NCBI GenBank assembly: GCA_965202855.1
Contig: CBDBBP010000004.1
Location: 807,776 to 871,775, forward strand
DNA from: Arenicellales bacterium
GTDB taxonomy: Bacteria > Pseudomonadota > Gammaproteobacteria > Arenicellales > JAJDZL01
Direction of reading: 5' to 3'
Length of the DNA stretch: 64,000 bases
Positions 19,321 through 29,332 of this stretch are shown one piece after another (position 1 is the first letter of the stretch; each line of letters opens with the position of its first letter). The position numbers and the translations under genes were made by a program. A model generated the notes under the pieces. It was not told the DNA's origin. It saw only the letters and a list, made by a program, of their open reading frames with translations, and ran no database searches.

Positions 19321-20172
19321 GTGAGCAAAGCATTTGTATGGATGAGTGGAACTCTTGTTAGCTATACCGCTGTCGCAGTCGCTACGAGAGAAGTTACCTT
19401 GGAGCTTGACACTCCGTCGGTCCTGTTTATTCGGTCTATCAGCGCCATCGCATTAGCTCTGATTTTAGTCGCAATTTCGAAACCGGGTTTTGCGCAGATT
19501 CAGACTTTTCGCATCAAGCTTCATATCTTGCGAAACTGCACTCATTTTGTCGGTCAATTCGGATGGTTCTTTTCGATCGCCAGCATTCCACTCGCACATG
19601 TATTTGCATTGGAATTTACGGTGCCAATTTGGATTGCTCTTCTAGCGCCGATATTTCTGAAAGAAAGACTCACTCTTGAACGGGGCCTATATATTGCAGT
19701 CGGTTTTATTGGAATCCTAATTATTGTGCGTCCATTCGGTCTTCGAATCGAAGCTGGTGAGATTGCAATGTTGGTAGGGGCTTTGGGATTTGCATGTGCC
19801 ATGCTGGCAACGCGACGACTGATACTCACCGAAACACCATTGAACATATTGTTTTATATGGCTTTGTTGCAATTGCCTTTATCAGCAACCCTGCTTTTGT
19901 CTACCGGTCCGCTGCAGATTCCCAGTCTTGTCAATCTGATCCTGATCGTTTTTATTACAGCAGGTGTTATGTTTGCGCACTACTGCATGGCACGCGCATT
20001 TTTGATTGCTGACATTATCGCTGTCATCCCAATGGAATACTTGCGATTGCCAATGATTGCAATGGTTGGCGCGTTGCTTTATGCAGAGCCAATTGACACA
20101 GCAACAATTATCGGAGGACTGGCAATTCTCGCTGGAAACTACCTTAACGTCAGACTATCGACACGAGAATAA
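19321..20172 (+). CDS. DMT-superfamily (EamA-like) transporter
   Basis: 283 aa, about 10 hydrophobic segments in a two-EamA-repeat layout. The start is GTG; an alternative ATG lies 21 nt downstream. Confidence 0.8.
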   Translation: MSKAFVWMSGTLVSYTAVAVATREVTLELDTPSVLFIRSISAIALALILVAISKPGFAQIQTFRIKLHILRNCTHFVGQFGWFFSIASIPLAHVFALEFTVPIWIALLAPIFLKERLTLERGLYIAVGFIGILIIVRPFGLRIEAGEIAMLVGALGFACAMLATRRLILTETPLNILFYMALLQLPLSATLLLSTGPLQIPSLVNLILIVFITAGVMFAHYCMARAFLIADIIAVIPMEYLRLPMIAMVGALLYAEPIDTATIIGGLAILAGNYLNVRLSTRE

Positions 20173-20191
20173 TCAAAAAAGAGGGGGAACT

Positions 20192-20266
20192 TGGTGGGCG
20201 ATACTGGGATTGAACCAGTGGCCTCTGCCGTGTGAAGGCAGCGCTCTCCCGCTGAGCTAATCGCCC
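20192..20266 (-). tRNA. tRNA-Val (anticodon CAC), CCA encoded
   Basis: The reverse complement GGGCGATTAGCTCAGCGGGAGAGCGCTGCCTTCACACGGCAGAGGCCACTGGTTCAATCCCAGTATCGCCCACCA folds by hand. Acceptor is GGGCGAT/ATCGCCC, anticodon stem CTGCC/GGCAG with loop TTCACAC, and T stem ACTGG/CCAGT. Confidence 0.9.
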
Positions 20267-20387
20267 TGATTTTTCGAATTATAGGGTATTATCACCGACT
20301 CTCCATGAAAGAAGCTGGTAGTTGTTTTAAACTAGTATCCTCATCATAAAACTCACTTCCGATTCAATATTAAGAGATAACAAATCA

Positions 20388-21092
20388 ATGAAAAATTCGA
20401 TTCGAGTCATAATGTTTGATGTTTTCGGCACCGTTGTTGACTGGCGTTCGAGCATCGCGAAGGAAATAAGACAGGTGCCTGAACTTACTGGCATAAACGG
20501 TGAAGATTTCGCCGATAATTGGCGTGCAAAATATCAGCCTGCGATGGAACGGATTCGCAGCGGTGGACGAAACTGGACGAAACTGGATGATCTGCATTAT
20601 GAAAATTTAATGGAGCTGCTCGATGAATTGGGGATTGAAAACTTGAGTGACAGCGCCAAGCTTCATCTCAATCATGCATGGCACCGACTCGAACCATGGC
20701 CCGATGCAGTTGAAGGCCTGACTCGATTAAAGTCAGAATTTACGATTACAACACTATCAAATGGAAATGTGTCCCTGCTTTTGAACATGGCAAAACGAGC
20801 CAATCTCCCTTGGGACATGATTTTAGGAGCAGAAGTGGTCAAACACTATAAGCCACAGCCGGAATCCTATCTGAAATCAGCCGCATTGATTGATGTGGAC
20901 CCTACGCACTGCATGCTGACGGCGGCGCACAACTCTGATCTGGTTGCCGCTGCAAATTGTGGATTTCGAACGGCCTTTGTCGCCCGTCCTACAGAATATG
21001 GTCCAAATCAGAAAACAGATCTGGAACCAACTGCACAGTATGACTTCGTTGCAAGTGATTTCATTGATCTCGCTGTTCAGCTAGGATGCTGA
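20388..21092 (+). CDS. HAD-superfamily hydrolase, 2-haloacid dehalogenase (type II)-like
   Basis: 234 aa. Motifs: FDVFGTVVDW, TTLSNGN, KHYKPQPESY and TAAHNSDLVAAANCGF. Confidence 0.8.
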   Translation: MKNSIRVIMFDVFGTVVDWRSSIAKEIRQVPELTGINGEDFADNWRAKYQPAMERIRSGGRNWTKLDDLHYENLMELLDELGIENLSDSAKLHLNHAWHRLEPWPDAVEGLTRLKSEFTITTLSNGNVSLLLNMAKRANLPWDMILGAEVVKHYKPQPESYLKSAALIDVDPTHCMLTAAHNSDLVAAANCGFRTAFVARPTEYGPNQKTDLEPTAQYDFVASDFIDLAVQLGC

Positions 21093-21166
21093 GTTACTGA
21101 CAAAATCCACGAAATCGCACGACACACCCAACAGATCATTCTTACCTGTAATCCCACAGCGTCGGT

Positions 21167-22369
21167 ATGAAAATTCTCCATACAGCGATGGGCACTACCT
21201 TAGCCATGATGTTAACCATGGCAGTTGGAAGCTCGGCGATTCTTGCAATCGCTGTCAGCGCTCCCGATGCTGCTCCAGATATTGGCGTGCAAGCGACTTA
21301 TGTTGGGATTTTCACCGGATTCGTCTATTTTGTTTCTATGTTTTCAGGCAGTTTCTGCACTGGATTCATCGTTCGATATGGACCTATAAGACTTCTTCAG
21401 TTTTCAGCTCTTACAACGATTTTGGGATTGGTCGCATTTACAATTGGAAGTCCACTTGCGACGGTAGTCTGTGCCATTTTGCTTGGCATCGCCTACGGCC
21501 CGATCAATCCCGCCAATGCGCCGGTACTGCTTAAAGTCACGAATTCTCAAAACCGAGCATTCATGTTTTCGATTAAACAGTCGGGGGTTACGGTGGGTGG
21601 AGCATGCGCGGCGTTGGTGGTGCCCATCGTAGCGACTTGGTGGAACTGGGAAATGGGGATCCTGTGCATCGCCCTGCTGGGGGTGTTGTCTCTGTTTTTG
21701 CTGTACCCGATGAGACAGCGCTTCGACTCAGAACAAAAATACACCGATCTCAGCTGGTCTCTCACTGCAGTCTTTCGCCCTGTCAAGCAAATTTTGAAAA
21801 TCCCGCTGCTGCGCGGATTTGCATTTGTTGGTTTTACGTTCGCCGGAGTACAGATCAGCGTCAGTAGTTTTTTTGTCGTTTTTCTGGTGGAGAAAGGCTT
21901 CACATTAATTGAAGCCGGCGTGTTCTTTCTCTTCGTAAATTTTGGCGGAATTCTCGGCAGAATTGCCTGGGGGAGCCTATCTGACAGGTGGCTTACTCCA
22001 AAATACACACTGACAGCAATCGGCGTGGTATCTGCGGTATCCCTGAGCATGATGTTCATGATCTCGGTCAGTTGGAATTTATTGCTGCTGTACCTGTTCT
22101 CCTTTATCCTTGGCAGCAGTACGCACGGTTGGAACGGAGTGTTTCTTGCGGAAGTCGCGGACCAAGCTCCCGAGGCAGAAGCGCACAACTGGACAGGCGG
22201 AGTTCAATTTCTGATTTACGGTGGAGTGGCGGTATTACCACCCATTTTTGGGCTGATTGTAAATTCGACGAGTGGTTACACGATCCCATTTTTTCTGATC
22301 GCCCTTTCTTCCCTGCTAGCAAGCTTTTCTTTGTTGTGGCTCTACAAAACCTATTCTGAATTCCGCTAG
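21167..22369 (+). CDS. MFS transporter
   Basis: 400 aa with about 12 hydrophobic helices in a 6+6 arrangement around a central loop. It starts 74 nt after the HAD gene on the same strand. Confidence 0.8.
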   Translation: MKILHTAMGTTLAMMLTMAVGSSAILAIAVSAPDAAPDIGVQATYVGIFTGFVYFVSMFSGSFCTGFIVRYGPIRLLQFSALTTILGLVAFTIGSPLATVVCAILLGIAYGPINPANAPVLLKVTNSQNRAFMFSIKQSGVTVGGACAALVVPIVATWWNWEMGILCIALLGVLSLFLLYPMRQRFDSEQKYTDLSWSLTAVFRPVKQILKIPLLRGFAFVGFTFAGVQISVSSFFVVFLVEKGFTLIEAGVFFLFVNFGGILGRIAWGSLSDRWLTPKYTLTAIGVVSAVSLSMMFMISVSWNLLLLYLFSFILGSSTHGWNGVFLAEVADQAPEAEAHNWTGGVQFLIYGGVAVLPPIFGLIVNSTSGYTIPFFLIALSSLLASFSLLWLYKTYSEFR

Positions 22370-22482
22370 GAGTTCAAGTCTTTCGTCTCGGTTAGGCCTT
22401 CGTCCTAACTGGATAAAATTAAAGGGCGCTCGTAAATTTCGTTTCACAAGAGAAAATCACCACTTCAGAACACAAATTAAAT

Positions 22483-24145
22483 CTAAAGTTTCTGGGTTGA
22501 AAATTGGCTGGAAAACAAGACCTAAGTAATTGATTTAATGTATAAAGTAAGCCTCGAATGGTATATAATGTTGTTTTTGAAAAATCATCAACAAACCAAA
22601 CGAGGCTAAAGCATGAATCATTGTACCAGTAAATCTGAACTGCCACAAAATATTGAACCGACGGTGCAGGATCGACAGTTGCGCATCGACAATCTTTTCG
22701 CCCAGATGTGGGCGGCATTGGGTTTGAACGGACACTTGGGTCGAGCCGGCATGACCAAGCGCAGCGGTCTGAGCGCACGCGAAACGGTGTTTCTGCTGTT
22801 GATGTGGCGTTGGCTGCGAGGCTCTTCGATCGCCATGTTCTGTCGTCACTCCATGCAGGAATTTTTTCAAGCGCGCAAAGATGCGGTGTATGAGTTTTTC
22901 AAGCGTGAAGACCTCAACTGGCGCGGTCTGAACTACCGCGTGGCTCGGGCGGTCTATCAGCGCTGCGGTTTCAAGCGTTCGTCGCAGCGTGCCTTTGTGA
23001 TCGATGACACCATTGTCAGTCGTCGCGGCAAGAAGATGGAAGGGGTATCGGCACACTATGATCACTGCTTGGGGAAAACCGTGATCGGACAGCAGTTGGT
23101 GACCTTGGGGCTGGTGGCAGACGACGGTTTTTTACCGCTGGATTCGGAACTGTTCATCAGTTCCAAGAAAGTGCAGGGATTGAATCACAAGCACCGAGAT
23201 GGGCGCAGCGTGGTGGCTCGGCGGTATCGCTGTGCCAAGCGCCAAAGCAAGCCACAGATGGTCATTGGCATGTTGAAAAAAGCGATGCGCATGGGCTTTG
23301 AGGCACCGTATTTAGTGGCCGATTCGTGGTATGGAACCAAGCGCATCATCCAAGCTGCGCTGGAATTGAAGTTGACGGCGGTGCTGCGCATGAAAAGAGG
23401 GAACTTAAAGTATTGCGTGCTCCAGGCCGATGGCAACGAGGTGTTGCTGGACGTCAAGCAGCTGTATGCCAAGGCTGTACGCAAAAAGTGGCGCAAAGTC
23501 GCAGATCTGCCGTGGCGAGTGGTCTCTTGTACGGTACGGCTGAATCTTGAAGAGGATGAGAGCAAGCCAGAACGGTGGCAGCCGGAGAAGCTGCTGTTCG
23601 TGCGCGGCTTGAATGACAACGATAAAAACCCCAGCAGCAAGAACTGGGCTCTGTTTCTGTCCACTGATCTTCAGTTGAGCGCCGAACAAATGCTGCAGAC
23701 CTATAGTCTGCGTTAAAGCGTGGAGGTTTATTTCAAAGAAGCCAAGCAGCACTTGGGGTTTTTGTCCGAACAGACTCGCAGCTTCGCCTCGTTCATCGCC
23801 TCCATCCATCTGTGTGCGATCCGTCATCTGCTGCTCAGCTATGCGGCTTTAAGCGAGCACGGACACAATGTCCCTGAAGTGCGCGAACAGATCAAAGAAC
23901 AACTCGATTCGATCTGTTTCGCCCGCCGCCTGTGGAACTACTTCCGCAGCTTGGTGTACCATTCTATCCGCGCCAGCAAAACCCTGACCGAGCGCAGCCT
24001 TGACTTCGTGATGCAAGCCATTGACCGAGAAGTCGAACAATTCTTGGAGAGATCACTTCAATTGGATGTCCTCAGCCTACAAGTGGAGGATGATCCAGCT
24101 GTTTTGTCGGGATAATTTAGATGATTTTGAATCCAGAAACTTGAG
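22483..24145 (+). mobile_element. IS4-family insertion sequence (inactive copy)
   Basis: Imperfect terminal inverted repeats: CTAAAGTTTCTGGGTTGAAAAT at 22483-22504, versus the reverse complement of 24124-24145, CTCAAGTTTCTGGATTCAAAAT (19/22). They enclose one transposase reading frame. No target-site duplication is visible. Confidence 0.65.
22613..24115 (+). pseudogene. IS4-family DDE transposase interrupted by one in-frame TAA
   Basis: ORFs 22613-23716 and 23720-24115 are in the same frame, separated by TAA at 23717-23719. The stop falls inside the IS4 Y(2)R(3)E(6)K signature: YSLR*SVEVYFKEAKQ. Confidence 0.8.
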
Positions 24146-24509
24146 GTATGTAGTCTTTGAAATAAGCTCCTTTTACATTTCTGAAATTTTGTAAGCTAGC
24201 GACCTACTTATTTTTGAAATACCCACATCTTTGCTTGATATCCGAGCCTTCGGTAAGGTAACACAGATATCAATAACAAAAAATGTGCTCTCAATTAGTC
24301 GACCTAAAAGAAAGTTTTCGAGTGAAATTGAAGAGATAACAGCGAATACGAGCCATTACAAATTCGGTTTACGAGACACTCAAAACAACCGAAATTGTAT
24401 TTTACACTTGCCGTGCAATATTCCCGCTTCCTTCCGGACGCATCAAACAACGTTGAAATTTCTCGATAATTCTCGTGTTTCAAGTTGCAAGTTTCTATTG
24501 ATCAGAATT

Positions 24510-24881
24510 TCAGACCAATTCTTGTAAATCCACATTCAGTGCTTTAGCAAGTTTAGTCAATGTTTGGGTTGATCCAGTACGTCTACCTGCCTCAATCTTT
24601 GAAAGATAAACAGCATTGATTCCAGCCAGCCCAGCAAGCTGTTTCTGAGTCATACCGCGATAATTGCGGTATACCTTGACACCATTTTCACCAGCAAGCA
24701 AACGGTCAACCACATCAATCGGAAACGACTCCTCATCAGCAAGTTTAGCGCTGTCATATAGTTCTTCATCGCTTAGTTCGATATCCGAATAATATTTGCT
24801 TAATCTTTTGTACAGTCGCCATGGAATAACAGCAAATGCTGGTTGTCCTTTATCGTCGAAAATCACTTGCGGTTCGGTCAT
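24510..24881 (-). CDS. Antitoxin with C-terminal XRE-type HTH (HigA-like position)
   Basis: 123 aa. The C-terminal GMTQKQLAGLAGINAVYLSKIEAGRRTGSTQTLTKLAKALNV is a classical Cro/C1 HTH. It starts 11 nt downstream of the toxin ORF. Confidence 0.8.
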   Translation of the reverse strand: MTEPQVIFDDKGQPAFAVIPWRLYKRLSKYYSDIELSDEELYDSAKLADEESFPIDVVDRLLAGENGVKVYRNYRGMTQKQLAGLAGINAVYLSKIEAGRRTGSTQTLTKLAKALNVDLQELV

Positions 24882-24892
24882 TATTTTCTCTC

Positions 24893-25153
24893 CTATGGAT
24901 TGTAAATATCTCTCCTAAGGACGATGCGCAATACTTCAATTTCGCAGTTCTGGTCGTCTCTATCAAAAATAACACGCCAATCTCCTGATCGCAATCTAAA
25001 ACCTTGTCGGCCTTGTAACTTCACTACATCGATATCGTTCCGTTGTGGGTCTTCGACTAGCTTTGCCAATCTGCTACGTACGCGATTTGCATCTCGTTTA
25101 CGCATTCTTCTGAAAGATTTCAGTGCTTGCTTCCTTACTTTCAGATTGTACAT
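24893..25153 (-). CDS. RelE/ParE-superfamily type II toxin (toxin-first, HigB-like arrangement)
   Basis: 86 aa. LQGRQGFRLRSGDWRVIFDRDDQNCEIEVLRIVLRRDIY matches the RelE/ParE core pattern (.G....R.R.GdyR.i......i.V..i.hR...Y). Confidence 0.8.
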   Translation of the reverse strand: MYNLKVRKQALKSFRRMRKRDANRVRSRLAKLVEDPQRNDIDVVKLQGRQGFRLRSGDWRVIFDRDDQNCEIEVLRIVLRRDIYNP

Positions 25154-25319
25154 AGCGTTAAGCCTTGCTATAAGAAATTCTTACCGCTATACAAAGTCAA
25201 ATGCTAAGGACATGAAAAACGTTAAATCCCTAATCCGAAATTAGCAATGACAATATAGAAAAAAGCCTTGTAATATTAAAGTGTTAAAGCATTCTTCAGG
25301 ATCCTCTAATGTGTGATCA

Positions 25320-25496
25320 ATGGTAACAACCCTAAAAAATACAAGGCGTATGAACATTCTACCCTGTGAAACAGCTGACAGCAATCGCAACTTGACCTCC
25401 CACGCTGGTTTGGTAGTGCTTGCGGATTTATTCAAACGCATGGGATTGAACGAATTGGTGGATCATTTCATGCCCGCGCCAGGCAGCAATCGCGGC
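25320..25496 (+). pseudogene. N-terminal stub of an IS1380-like transposase
   Basis: SNRNLTSHAGLVVLADLFKRMGLNELVDHF..PGSNRG resembles the NLTS.AGL N-terminus of IS1380-family transposases such as ISEcp1. It breaks off after about 59 codons. Confidence 0.4.
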
Positions 25497-25504
25497 TGCC
25501 TGAG

Positions 25505-26326
25505 GTGGAGCTTTTGGTGCGAGCCAAGTATGATCGAAGTCAGGGCAAAGGCAAGCCGAAGATGTTCGCCGCGATCCGGGCACAGCCCGCGCAAGCGCGG
25601 TTGGAAGTGCCGGTCATGGCACAATCCGCGCGGCGCAGCACTCGCAGTCAGAAGGTGCGCCTGAAGCGGCCCAAGCGGATGGCGACGGTCGAGTTGCGCT
25701 GGCGTGCGGTCGAGATTCAGCCGACCAGCGGCTTTGCCAATGAGAAACCGATCCAGATGAATCTGGTACATGTGTATGAACCTGAAGCGCCGGCGGCTTC
25801 AAGCGCACTGGAGTGGCTGCTGCTGACCAGCTTGGCGGTGACCAATGTCGACGAGGCCAAGGCAGTGGTGGAGCGTTATCTTTTGCGTTGGCGCATTGAG
25901 GATTGGCATCGGATTCTGAAGTCCGGCTGCAAAGCGGAGTTTTTGCAATATCGAAAGGGCGAACGCATCGAACGGGCGGTCACCATCAATGCCGTCATCG
26001 CTTGGCGGCTGGCGGCCATGACTTTGCTAGGGCGGGAAACTCCAGAATTGCCGATGCAGGTGCTGTTCAGCAACACTGAAATCGGAGTGTTGGAGGATTT
26101 CGCATGCGAAAATCGCTTGAAAGTGCCGGACAATGCCGCTACCGGTGTGTTGACGATGGCCATGAACGCCGGTTATATGAACCGCAAGAATGATCCACCG
26201 CCCGGTTACAAGAAAATCTGGGAAGGATATATCCGATTGGAAAATATGTCGCAAGCTTATGACTTAGCCTATCACATGATGATACGAAAGCAAGGCTGGT
26301 TACACGATAAGTTAAGTCCTGACTAA
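25505..26326 (+). pseudogene. C-terminal half of a Tn5/IS50-like (IS4-family) transposase
   Basis: LEWLLLTSLAVTNVDEAKAVVERYLLRWRIEDWHRILKSGCKAE...VIAWRL parallels Tn5 Tnp LKWLLLTSEPVESLAQALRVIDIYTHRWRIEEFHKAWKTGAGAE. The N-terminal part carrying the two catalytic Asp residues is missing. Confidence 0.8.
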
Positions 26327-27031
26327 ATTTGTACGTAATAGGTAGCCGGCACCCCTTCGCCGGTTCTTGTCTCAGATGGAAAATACAGGCCCTCCCAGGT
26401 TTCCTGGCAGTCCATCCTGCAACTTTGCGCCGTTCCAAAGACCCCGGACGGCCTCCAAAACTCCTCGCCTCTGTCGGCGCTCAGAGTGCTGCTCCCACTA
26501 ATTAGAAAATGAAAGCACCGACATTTATTCATATCGAGGCTCAATAGGATGCTTCATTGCCTGCTGCGTACGCTTCACGACTAACGTTGCCGTCAGCCAT
26601 GCAACACTCGCTTCCGGCTGGCTGGCTGTGCCTTTGCCGGACGGGAGTTGAACCCGCTGGACTGCTATGAATGGTTTCAGTTATTTCATATCATCCTCCA
26701 TCCCAGAACTTAATCCTGGCGCAACTAATTTCGAACTTGGGCGGTAATCCACAATTCGAATCGGCACAACATATTTTTAAATTCCTTACAAATTTGCTTC
26801 CCGAAGGGATGTAAATATCGTTGATGAAACAATCGCAATTTCGGAAACCTCGGCCTTTGCACCTTTTTTGATCTGTTATCGAGCTTGATTTCTGACATCA
26901 AGCAGCAATTCTCGCATTAATTTGAAAAACAACAGCGGAATCAGCGAAAATCCTCTATGGTGGTTGTGGTATATCGGAAGCACGCCTTTCAAGGTCTTTC
27001 AAGGTGTACACCTGTGGGACAAACAGCCTCG

Positions 27032-29104
27032 TCAATCAGCCAATGATGCCACTTCACGTCGGAAAGGCAGTGAATCGATTTGCCTGGAGCCGTCAAGCTC
27101 TCTAGCGTAACGATGGCCTGCATAGACTGCCCACGCAATGGGACCTGGGGCTTCAGCATCTCCAATCACGCTGATTGACTGAATACCTGCATCCGCCCAA
27201 TCATCTTGTTTAGTTTTAAGTTCTTGCCAAAGTTCGTCTTTAGGCGTACGCGAGGTTACAAGAACCACTGAGTCAGCTGCAAGCTCTGCTTCCCGACCAG
27301 TGTAACTACAAGCAGTAATAACCCGATCATTTCGTATACGGGTGACAGTGCGATTGAGTCGAAGCTCAACACCAAGTTCAACCAGTCGATTGTGTATTGC
27401 TCCCTGTTCAAGAGTATTTCTTGACCAGTCGGAAACATAGGCAGAAGGCGTCACTAAAGTTACTTGATTGCCATTTTGCACCAGCAGTTCCGCCAGCACT
27501 CCGCCCATGTAGTAGTGGTCGTCATCAAAAAGCACAACTTTGCCGCTACCAGGCAGTTGACCCGCCATCAAGTCATCGGGCGTGAAGATTGGCATGGCCG
27601 GGTCAAGCGGCATGGGAGTTACATGAAAGCGAGCAACCCCATCTCTTCGCCAAACTGAACCGGTGGCAACTGCAACATGTTCAAATCCAAATTCGAGGAC
27701 CATTTCCGCTGAAAGCTCACTGTCGAAGAAAATCTCCACATTGGCCATTTGGCTGAGTTGGTATTGTCGATAGTCTTCAACCCGTCCCCACGTAGCCAAG
27801 CCTGGCAGCTTGCACTCACGGGCTACACGTCCACCCAGATGCGTATTGGCTTCGGCTACTATCACTGCATAGCCTCTTAAGCCTAGCACTCTAGCGGCTT
27901 CCATCCCTGCTGGCCCTGAACCGATGATCAGAACGCTATCGCATTCTCCTTTGGGTGGCATATGCTCTGGGTGCCAACCCTTGCGCCATTCCTCCATGAA
28001 TGTGGGATTTTGGGTGCAGCGTGAGATCGACATAGTCATATCGCCAGAGATGCAAATGTTACAGCCGATACATTCACGAATATCCTCAATTCGACCTTCC
28101 TCGATCTTTTTCGGAAGGAAGGGGTCAGCAATAGACGGTCTGGCACAACCGATCAAATCCAGGATTCCGTTCCTTACCTGCTTGGCCATAGTATCCGGCG
28201 AGGTGAACCGCCCTACACCAACAATGGGTTTGGATGTGAGCGATTTTATGCCTTCGACGAGATCTTGTTGGGCAGCTTCCGGTAAAAAGCGCGACGGTCC
28301 GGAACAGTCTTCCCAAGAGCCGTGAGCCAAATCCCAGAGGTCGGGAAGATCACCATGCATCTCAATCATATCTCGGACTTCGGCATTGGAGAATCCCAGG
28401 TTACCTACAGTCTCGTGAAGTGAAATTCGCAGCGAGATTGCACATGAATCGCCTACTTCGTCCTTGCCCACCTCTACCAATTCACGCATCAGACGCGAGC
28501 GGTTTTCCAGACTGCCACCATATTCGTCGCTGCGGTGATTTGTAGCGCGGGAGAGAAAATGCTGAATGATGCCGAATCCATGGGCGCCGTAAAGGCAAAT
28601 CAAGTCGAAGCCTGCCTGTTTAGCCCGACGATAGGCATTGCGGTGCCAGCGCAAAAGATCTTGGATATCTTGCTTGTCCATGGCTCGAGCTTGAACCGGG
28701 TCATTGGTGAAAGTACGAATCGGGAGCGGTGTCGGCGCGCGAGGCACCTCCCGGGTGTAGAAGTTCGGGCCATTTATACCCGAGTAGGCTAGCTGAATGC
28801 CGGCTAGAGCACCATGTTCATGAATTGCGTCGGCCATTCGAGCTAACATTGGGATGTCACCATCATCCCAAAGGCGTAGCTCAATGAAAGGAGTGATTTC
28901 CGAGGTGTGATGCATCTCACACTGCTCGGTGAAAACCACCCCCCAGCCACCCTCAGCTTTGATTCGGCGCATCTCTGCTACTGCCGAGGGATCCCGATAA
29001 CCGCCGCCATTGCAATGTGGCACCTGAAAAAAACGATTACGGGAAGTTACCGGTCCGATCTGGACCGGTTCAAACAGCACATCATACCGTGGGTCACGAG
29101 TCAT
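27032..29104 (-). CDS. Trimethylamine/dimethylamine/histamine dehydrogenase-family Fe-S flavoprotein (amine dehydrogenase, paralog 2)
   Basis: 690 aa. Motifs: DVLFEPVQIGPVTSRNRFFQVPHC, ARPSIADPFLPKKIEEGRIEDIRECIGCNICIS...CTQNPTFMEEWRKGWHPE and GSGPAG. By eye it is roughly 55-60 percent identical to paralog 1. Confidence 0.85.
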   Translation of the reverse strand: MTRDPRYDVLFEPVQIGPVTSRNRFFQVPHCNGGGYRDPSAVAEMRRIKAEGGWGVVFTEQCEMHHTSEITPFIELRLWDDGDIPMLARMADAIHEHGALAGIQLAYSGINGPNFYTREVPRAPTPLPIRTFTNDPVQARAMDKQDIQDLLRWHRNAYRRAKQAGFDLICLYGAHGFGIIQHFLSRATNHRSDEYGGSLENRSRLMRELVEVGKDEVGDSCAISLRISLHETVGNLGFSNAEVRDMIEMHGDLPDLWDLAHGSWEDCSGPSRFLPEAAQQDLVEGIKSLTSKPIVGVGRFTSPDTMAKQVRNGILDLIGCARPSIADPFLPKKIEEGRIEDIRECIGCNICISGDMTMSISRCTQNPTFMEEWRKGWHPEHMPPKGECDSVLIIGSGPAGMEAARVLGLRGYAVIVAEANTHLGGRVARECKLPGLATWGRVEDYRQYQLSQMANVEIFFDSELSAEMVLEFGFEHVAVATGSVWRRDGVARFHVTPMPLDPAMPIFTPDDLMAGQLPGSGKVVLFDDDHYYMGGVLAELLVQNGNQVTLVTPSAYVSDWSRNTLEQGAIHNRLVELGVELRLNRTVTRIRNDRVITACSYTGREAELAADSVVLVTSRTPKDELWQELKTKQDDWADAGIQSISVIGDAEAPGPIAWAVYAGHRYARELDGSRQIDSLPFRREVASLAD

Positions 29105-29332
29105 CTTCTCTTCCTAACTTGACAAAGCCAGAACCTAACGTTTGAGTTTAAAATTGTGATTCAAAAAAACATTTGCAAAGACGACTGTTTGCCCAGCAAT
29201 GCGGAGATTGCACATGTCGAACCCTTCTTTCATGCATCATCAACTCAATAAAAAATTTTGGACCTATAACCCGAAGGGCTCAGTCGGTGAACTAACCAAC
29301 TCAATTTGATAATGAGCACCTTTAGGAACGAA

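Noticed and set aside
22372-22410. GGAGTTCAAGTCTTTCGTC after the MFS gene, which looks like a tRNA T-loop, and the GTTAGGccttcgtCCTAAC hairpin as a terminator.
   Set aside because: The T-stem does not pair (AGGAG versus CTTTC). The hairpin has only a 6 bp stem and no following U-run, so it is not annotated.
26630-26665. A tRNA-like T-arm (minus strand ...CAGCGGGTTCAACTCCCGTCCGGCA) that could be a tRNA gene or an att-site remnant.
   Set aside because: There is no matching 5' acceptor strand, D arm or anticodon arm upstream and no CCA. It does not match the 3' halves of the two real tRNAs in the window. At best it is a fragment that cannot be called.
27032-29104. The idea that paralog 2 is the missing dimethylamine dehydrogenase of the methylamine pathway (Gln at the Tyr60 position, as in DMADH).
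   Set aside because: Trp355 and Trp105 equivalents are also replaced (by Asp and Ala). As I recall, DMADH keeps Trp355 and has Phe at position 105. The pattern fits histamine-dehydrogenase-like enzymes better. I kept it only as a residue-level observation.
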